32,000 nucleotides of DNA, from the NCBI RefSeq assembly GCF_001306055.1, contig NZ_LGHJ01000011.1, positions 150,001-182,000 on the forward strand, read 5' to 3'. A program made the translations under genes and the position numbers. Below, in pieces: positions 27,289 to 32,000 of this stretch. A model generated the notes under the pieces. The model was not told the DNA's origin. It saw only the letters and a list, made by a program, of their open reading frames with translations, and ran no database searches. Position 1 is the first letter of the stretch; every line of letters starts with the position of its first letter. The DNA is from Bellilinea caldifistulae (GTDB lineage: Bacteria > Chloroflexota > Anaerolineae > Anaerolineales > Anaerolineaceae).

Positions 27289-27318
27289 CAAATATCTTAC
27301 ACGGTTGAGCTGCGGTAC

Positions 27319-28260
27319 ATGAAACGGATGGGGCTAATTGGATTCGGGGCTGTTTTGCTGGCACTTATCCTGCCTGCCCAACCCAGGCAGGTTGTACTCT
27401 CTGTCGCGCCGGCTCAATCCAATCAAACCTCGTTGCGTTTCTTCGGCACGGGCAGCGGCGATATTGACCGGGTTAAGATTCCTCTGGATAATCCACATCG
27501 TTCGGTGGATGTCGGCGGCGATTTCACCATTGAGTTCTGGCTCAAAGCCGCACCCTCGAGTAACCCCAGCCCGTCCTGCCAGGAAAGCGCCTCCGAAGAC
27601 ACCTGGACAAACGGCAACATCATCCTCGACCGCGACATCTTTGGCGACGGCGATTACGGCGATTACGGCATCTCGCTTTACCGCGGTAGGATTGCCTTTG
27701 GTGCGGCGGTGGGCAGTAACCGCCGCACCATCTGCGGAATAAGCGACTTGCGAGATGGTCAGTGGCATCATGTAGCCGTCACCCGCCAGAGCGGGAATGG
27801 GCAGATGCGCATTTTTGTGGACGGGCAATTGCAAAAAACCGAAAACGGACCTGGCGGGAATCTCTCTTATCGGGACGGACGCAATACTTCTTACACGAAC
27901 AGTGACCCTTATCTGGTCATCGCCGCCGAGAAGCATGACTACGACCCCAGCACCTACCCATCCTTCAACGGCTGGTTGGACGAGTTACGCATCTCCAACG
28001 TCATACGCTACACAGCAAACTTTACCCCGCCGAGTATGCCCTTCAACCCCGATGCCAGCACGGTTGCACTTTATCACTTCGACGGTACGCCGGGCCCCTG
28101 TAACGGAACGGTCAGCGATGCTTCCGGTCAGGGCAATAACGGTCAATGCAAGCATGGCGGCACATCCCCAAATCTCGGCCCGCAGTATGTGCTTGACAGT
28201 CCCTTTACCGGTAGTATCATCTATGACTTTAAAATTTACCTGCCTTTGGTGCGCCGCTAA
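27319..28260 (+). CDS. secreted concanavalin-A-like lectin/LamG (Laminin_G_3-type) domain protein
   Basis: 313 aa with an N-terminal signal-like peptide (MKRMGLIGFGAVLLALILPAQP). It has the FTIEFWLK...DGQWHHVAVT...MRIFVDGQL pattern typical of LamG_3 domains. Confidence 0.75.
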   Translation: MKRMGLIGFGAVLLALILPAQPRQVVLSVAPAQSNQTSLRFFGTGSGDIDRVKIPLDNPHRSVDVGGDFTIEFWLKAAPSSNPSPSCQESASEDTWTNGNIILDRDIFGDGDYGDYGISLYRGRIAFGAAVGSNRRTICGISDLRDGQWHHVAVTRQSGNGQMRIFVDGQLQKTENGPGGNLSYRDGRNTSYTNSDPYLVIAAEKHDYDPSTYPSFNGWLDELRISNVIRYTANFTPPSMPFNPDASTVALYHFDGTPGPCNGTVSDASGQGNNGQCKHGGTSPNLGPQYVLDSPFTGSIIYDFKIYLPLVRR

Positions 28261-28292
28261 AAATTCTTAACATTTTGTTAGCCGTGCGGCTA

Positions 28293-28320
28293 TTGACAAT
28301 TCCGACCAAACCGCTATAAT
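28293..28320 (+). promoter_or_regulatory. consensus sigma70 promoter upstream of the lysW cluster
   Basis: TTGACA (28293..28298), a 16-nt spacer, then TATAAT (28315..28320). The predicted start site is only ~3-5 nt before ATG 28331. Confidence 0.65.
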
Positions 28321-28330
28321 TTGAAGCATC

Positions 28331-28420
28331 ATGAGTTTGGAACTGCGCGTGCGTAAGGATCGTCGTCCATTCCTTCCCCCTTGCGGGGCAGGACGGCTTT
28401 ATGCACGCCAGCGTGGTTGA
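28331..28420 (+). CDS. candidate leader ORF, 29 aa: MSLELRVRKDRRPFLPPCGAGRLYARQRG
   Basis: A near-leaderless short ORF between the promoter and the terminator. It has 4 Arg and 1 Lys in codons 6-12. GCGGGGC (28383..28389) is complementary to GCCCCGC (28463..28469) at the terminator apex. Confidence 0.35.
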   Translation: MSLELRVRKDRRPFLPPCGAGRLYARQRG

Positions 28421-28455
28421 GTTCCTTCACCAATCACAGTGAGTCGGCAAATCAA

Positions 28456-28486
28456 GCCCTCCGCCCCGCGGAGGGCATTTCTTTTT
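28456..28486 (+). terminator. intrinsic terminator (putative attenuator) 26 nt upstream of the lysW ATG
   Basis: GCCCTCCGC-CCC-GCGGAGGGC followed by ATTTCTTTTT. Only the RBS (GGAGG) lies between it and ATG 28513. Confidence 0.7.
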
Positions 28487-28512
28487 AACATCTTTTTCAA
28501 ACGGAGGTTCTC

Positions 28513-28680
28513 ATGTCCCTAACATCCTGTCCCGAATGCGAAGCCGCCATCGAGCTGAACGATGTCCTCGTCGGTGAAATTGTGGTCTGCCCGGATTGCG
28601 GTGTAGACCTGGAAGTAATCAGCCTTGAGCCACTCCAGCTGGAACTGGCTCCCATGGAAGAAGAAGACTGGGGCGAGTAA
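28513..28680 (+). CDS. lysW: amino-group carrier protein LysW (55 aa, zinc-ribbon)
   Basis: Not in the ORF track because it is under 60 aa. Sequence: [55 protein letters not shown]. It has CPxC...CPxC zinc-ribbon cysteines and the C-terminal EDWGE tail characteristic of LysW. SD GGAGG is present. Confidence 0.88.
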   Translation: MSLTSCPECEAAIELNDVLVGEIVVCPDCGVDLEVISLEPLQLELAPMEEEDWGE

Positions 28681-28703
28681 GCCCCGCCAAAGGAGAAACA
28701 GCG

Positions 28704-29654
28704 ATGAAAATTGGTGTCCTGCTTTCACGGGTGCGGATCGAGGAAAAGTGGATCCTCGAAGCGCTGGAAAAACGCGGCATCCCCCACGAGCGGATTGACG
28801 ACCGCGAAGCGGTGTTCGATTTTGCCCACCCCGAAAACTGGCTGTCCTACTCCGCCGTGCTGGAGCGCAGCCTCTCGTTTGCGCGCGGCCTGTACGCCAC
28901 CCAGATACTCAACGCCTGGGGCATTCCGACGGTCAACATGGCGCATGTCGCCGCTACCTGCGGGGATAAACTGGCCACTTCGGCTGCGTTGGCGCGCGCC
29001 GGCATCCCTCAGCCGCGCATCAAGGTCGCCTTCACCCCCGAATCGGCACTGCAGGCCATCGAAGAACTGGGCTACCCGGTGGTGTTAAAACCGGTGGTCG
29101 GTTCGTGGGGGCGGCTGCTCGCCAAAATCAACGACCGCGACGCCGCCGAAGCCATCCTGGAGCACAAAGAGACACTCGGTTCTTACCAGCACTCCATCTA
29201 CTACCTGCAGGAATACATCCAAAAGCCGGGACGCGACATCCGCGCCTTTGTGGTGGGGGATCAGACGGTGTGTGCCATTTACCGCACCTCCTCTCACTGG
29301 ATCACCAACACCGCTCGCGATGGCAAGGGAGAAGTCTGCCCAATCACGCCTGAATTGAACGCCTTATGCGTTGCGGCTGCTCAGGCAGTCGGCGGCGGCG
29401 TGCTGGCCGTGGATGTTCTCGAAGACCCGCAGCGCGGCTTTCTGGTCAACGAGATTAACCACACCAGCGAGTTTCACACCCTCGCCCCCACCACCGGGGT
29501 GGACGTTGCCGGCCTGATGGTCGAGTACACCCTCGCCGTTGCCGAGGGTCAAATTCACCCCCCGTTTCCGGCCGTGAGCGCGCCGCAAGTACCCATGGGC
29601 ATCCTGCACACCTCCCCGCTGGGCATCCCCCTGTGGAGGGCAGCCGCCCAATGA
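28704..29654 (+). CDS. lysX: RimK/ATP-grasp ligase LysX (alpha-aminoadipate or glutamate--LysW ligase)
   Basis: 316 aa ATP-grasp protein immediately after lysW, with SD AAGGAGA. Its stop overlaps the next start (ATGA). Confidence 0.85.
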   Translation: MKIGVLLSRVRIEEKWILEALEKRGIPHERIDDREAVFDFAHPENWLSYSAVLERSLSFARGLYATQILNAWGIPTVNMAHVAATCGDKLATSAALARAGIPQPRIKVAFTPESALQAIEELGYPVVLKPVVGSWGRLLAKINDRDAAEAILEHKETLGSYQHSIYYLQEYIQKPGRDIRAFVVGDQTVCAIYRTSSHWITNTARDGKGEVCPITPELNALCVAAAQAVGGGVLAVDVLEDPQRGFLVNEINHTSEFHTLAPTTGVDVAGLMVEYTLAVAEGQIHPPFPAVSAPQVPMGILHTSPLGIPLWRAAAQ

Positions 29655-30691
29655 GCCGCTTGCGCGTTTCAATCATCGGTGCGGCCGGTTATGTGGGCGG
29701 CGAGTTGCTGCGCCTGTTGCTCGATCATCCTTTCGTGGAAATCCAGCAGGCGACTTCCGGCAGTCACCTCGGTGAATTTGTGTATCAGCAGCACCCCAAC
29801 CTGCGCAAGCGCACCACCCTCAAATTCAGCGACCCTCAGCAGGTTAAACCGTGTGATGTCCTCTTTCTGGCAATGCCGCACGGCGAAAGCCAGCAGCGGA
29901 TCGAAGATTACGCCGCCATTGCCCCACGGATTGTGGACTGCTCGGCGGATTTCCGTCTGCGGGATGCCGAACTGTACCGGCGGTATTACGGAGAGGAACA
30001 CCGCGCCCCGGCCTGGTTGAGTAAGTTCGTTTACGGCCTGCCGGAATTACACCGCGAGGAAATGCGCTCGGCGGCTTACATCAGCGGCGTGGGCTGCAAC
30101 GCCACCGCCTCCATTCTGGCGCTTTACCCGCTGGTCAAGGCCGATGCGCTCGATCTCACCCGCCCGGTGATTGTCGAAATCAAAACCGGTTCTTCGGAGG
30201 GCGGGGCTTCCCCCAATCCCGGCAGTCATCACCCCGAACGGAGCGGCGTGATCCGCACCTTTTCGGCATACGGACACCGCCACACTGCCGAGGTGATTCA
30301 GGAACTCGGTCTGAGCGAGGTTCACCTGACCATGACGGCGGTGGATCTGGTGCGCGGCGCGCTGGCAACCGCTCACGCCTTTTTGCGTCCGGGCATTGGC
30401 GAAAAGGACTTGTGGAAAATCTACCGCCAATGGGCCGAAAGCGAGCCGTTCATCCGGCTGGTACGCGACCGGCGCGGCATTTACCGCGTGCCGGAGCCCA
30501 AAATTCTGGCTGGCAGTAACTACGCCGATGTCGGCTTCGATGTGGACGAATGTTCCGGGCGGGTGATCGGCATGGCGGCGATTGACAACCTGATGAAGGG
30601 CGCTGCCGGTTCAGCCGTGCAGGCGATGAACCTGATGTGCGGTTTTGACGAAACTGCCGGCCTGACTTTTGGCGGATTACACCCCATTTAG
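29651..30691 (+). CDS. lysY: LysW-bound aminoadipyl/glutamyl-phosphate reductase (ArgC/LysY family)
   Basis: Contains the [19 protein letters not shown](P) motif and the GVGCNATA active-site Cys. The start is ATG 29651, overlapping the lysX TGA. Confidence 0.88.
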   Translation: MSRLRVSIIGAAGYVGGELLRLLLDHPFVEIQQATSGSHLGEFVYQQHPNLRKRTTLKFSDPQQVKPCDVLFLAMPHGESQQRIEDYAAIAPRIVDCSADFRLRDAELYRRYYGEEHRAPAWLSKFVYGLPELHREEMRSAAYISGVGCNATASILALYPLVKADALDLTRPVIVEIKTGSSEGGASPNPGSHHPERSGVIRTFSAYGHRHTAEVIQELGLSEVHLTMTAVDLVRGALATAHAFLRPGIGEKDLWKIYRQWAESEPFIRLVRDRRGIYRVPEPKILAGSNYADVGFDVDECSGRVIGMAAIDNLMKGAAGSAVQAMNLMCGFDETAGLTFGGLHPI

Positions 30692-30705
30692 CGGAGGAAT
30701 CACCC

Positions 30706-31509
30706 ATGCTGGTTGTCAAAATTGGCGGCGCCGCCGGCGTCAACATATCTTCCATTTGTGCCGATGTTGCCAATCTGGTCCAACAGGGCCAAAAGGTGGT
30801 GCTGGTTCACGGCGGGTCGGCGGAGGTGAATGAGATATCCACCCAACTCGGCCATCCGCCGCGCTTCGTCACCAGCGAAAGCGGTTTTACCAGCCGTTAC
30901 ACCGACCGGAAGACGCTGGAAATTTTTGCCATGGTTACTGCCGGCAAAATCAATACCCTGCTGGTGGAGCAGTTGCAGAAACATGGCGTCAACGCCTTTG
31001 GGTTGACCGGACTGGACGGGCGCTGGATGATCGCTCATCGCAAGGAAGCCATCCGGGTGGTGGAAAACGGGCGTAAACTGGTGCTGCGGGACGATTACAC
31101 CGGCAAAATCGAGCAGGTCAACCCGGCGATCCTCTCCCTGTTGATCGCCACGGGTTACACGCCGGTGGTAGCGCCGCTGGCGATCTCGCCGAACGGTGAA
31201 GCGCTCAACGTGGATGCCGACCGGGCGGCGGCGATGGTGGCAGCCGCCCTCGGCGCAGCCACCTTAATCCTGCTGACCAATGTACCCGGTCTGATGCGCA
31301 AATTTCCGGATGAAAGCACCCTCATTCATCACCTGCCGCGGGTTGAAGTACAGCGTGCCATTGAGTATGCCGAAGGCCGGATGAAGAAGAAAGTGCTGGG
31401 TGCTGCCGAAGCCCTGCAAGGCGGCGTAAGCCGGGTCATTTTTGGGGATGGGCGCAGCCCCCACCCCCTCGTGGATGCTCTGCAAGGGAAAGGTACGGTG
31501 ATCGAATGA
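30706..31509 (+). CDS. lysZ: LysW-bound aminoadipate/glutamate kinase (ArgB/LysZ family)
   Basis: 267 aa amino-acid kinase fold with VVKIGGA and VLVHGGS motifs. SD GGAGGA is present. Confidence 0.88.
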   Translation: MLVVKIGGAAGVNISSICADVANLVQQGQKVVLVHGGSAEVNEISTQLGHPPRFVTSESGFTSRYTDRKTLEIFAMVTAGKINTLLVEQLQKHGVNAFGLTGLDGRWMIAHRKEAIRVVENGRKLVLRDDYTGKIEQVNPAILSLLIATGYTPVVAPLAISPNGEALNVDADRAAAMVAAALGAATLILLTNVPGLMRKFPDESTLIHHLPRVEVQRAIEYAEGRMKKKVLGAAEALQGGVSRVIFGDGRSPHPLVDALQGKGTVIE

Positions 31510-32000
31510 TGGACATCTTGGCAGTTGAAGACCGCTACACTTCCGGCCTGTACACCAAACGCCCGATTGCGATTGTGCGCGGGCAGGCTGCCCATCTGTG
31601 GGACAGCCACGGGCGAATGTATATTGACTGTGTCGGCGGGCAGGGGGCAGCCAACATCGGCCACGCCAACCCCCAGGTGGCTCAGGCGGTTGCCGAACAG
31701 GCTCAACGCTTGATTTCCTGCCCGGAAATGTTCTACAACGACCGGAGAGCCGCGTTGGAGGAACGCCTGTGCCAGGTGAGCGGTTATCCGCGGGTTTTCC
31801 TGTGCAACTCCGGGGCAGAGGCTAACGAAGCCGCCATCAAGTTTGCCCGCCTGACGACCGGACGCAGCGAGATCATCGCCTTCAAACGCGCTTTTCACGG
31901 GCGCACCTTTGGCGCACTCTCCGCCACCTGGGAGAAAAAATACCGTCAGCCGTTCGAGCCGCTGGTGCCGGGCTTCACTCATCTGACTTACAACGATCCG
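31506..32000 (+). CDS. lysJ: class III aminotransferase (ArgD/LysJ family), 5' part; continues beyond the window
   Basis: An open frame from ATG 31506 (overlapping the lysZ stop) to the window end. Translation: [56 protein letters not shown]...[18 protein letters not shown]. It is not in the ORF track because there is no stop in the window. Confidence 0.85.
   Translation, partial: MMDILAVEDRYTSGLYTKRPIAIVRGQAAHLWDSHGRMYIDCVGGQGAANIGHANPQVAQAVAEQAQRLISCPEMFYNDRRAALEERLCQVSGYPRVFLCNSGAEANEAAIKFARLTTGRSEIIAFKRAFHGRTFGALSATWEKKYRQPFEPLVPGFTHLTYNDP

Noticed and set aside
28325-28490. Lysine (L-box) riboswitch upstream of lysW.
   Set aside because: At ~160 nt the leader is short for an L-box, and it lacks the conserved AGAGGCGC / GGGAG-type cores as far as I can see.

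Overview
High-GC bacterial chromosome segment; a Chloroflexota/Anaerolineae-like origin is a low-confidence guess based on gene content and repeat type. Almost all of it is amino-acid biosynthesis. On the minus strand, 17017..3512 is one tightly packed run of 12 ORFs: ilvD-ilvB-ilvN-ilvC-leuA-sORF-leuC-leuD-cimA-leuB-ilvE-pheA. Upstream of it on the same strand lie asd, aspartate kinase, a PPDK_N-only protein and glutamate dehydrogenase. Downstream lie a GAF/HisKA_3 histidine kinase, an alpha/beta hydrolase, a HIT protein and a truncated ORF. On the plus strand are a Cys/Met-family PLP enzyme, a monocistronic heliorhodopsin, a secreted LamG-like protein and a LysW carrier-protein cluster (lysW-lysX-lysY-lysZ-lysJ) that runs off the window. 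lysW is absent from the ORF track. The most interesting signals are mostly non-coding. (1) Three near-consensus sigma70 promoters are each followed by a short ORF and an intrinsic terminator that ends 21-29 nt before the first biosynthetic start codon. The short ORF before the ilv/leu operon has 12 Ile/Leu/Val in 14 codons. The one before the methionine enzyme has 6 Met in 9 codons. The one before lysW has an Arg/Lys patch. In each case a segment of the short ORF is complementary to part of the terminator, giving an antiterminator. This fits ribosome-mediated attenuation, and the Met-codon version looks undescribed to my knowledge. (2) The heliorhodopsin sits among nitrogen and amino-acid metabolism genes. 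(3) A roughly 105-nt hairpin-forming repeat family lies at the 3' ends of two transcription units in the same transcriptional orientation. Its copies show compensatory stem changes, and one copy supplies the C-terminal tail and stop codon of pheA.
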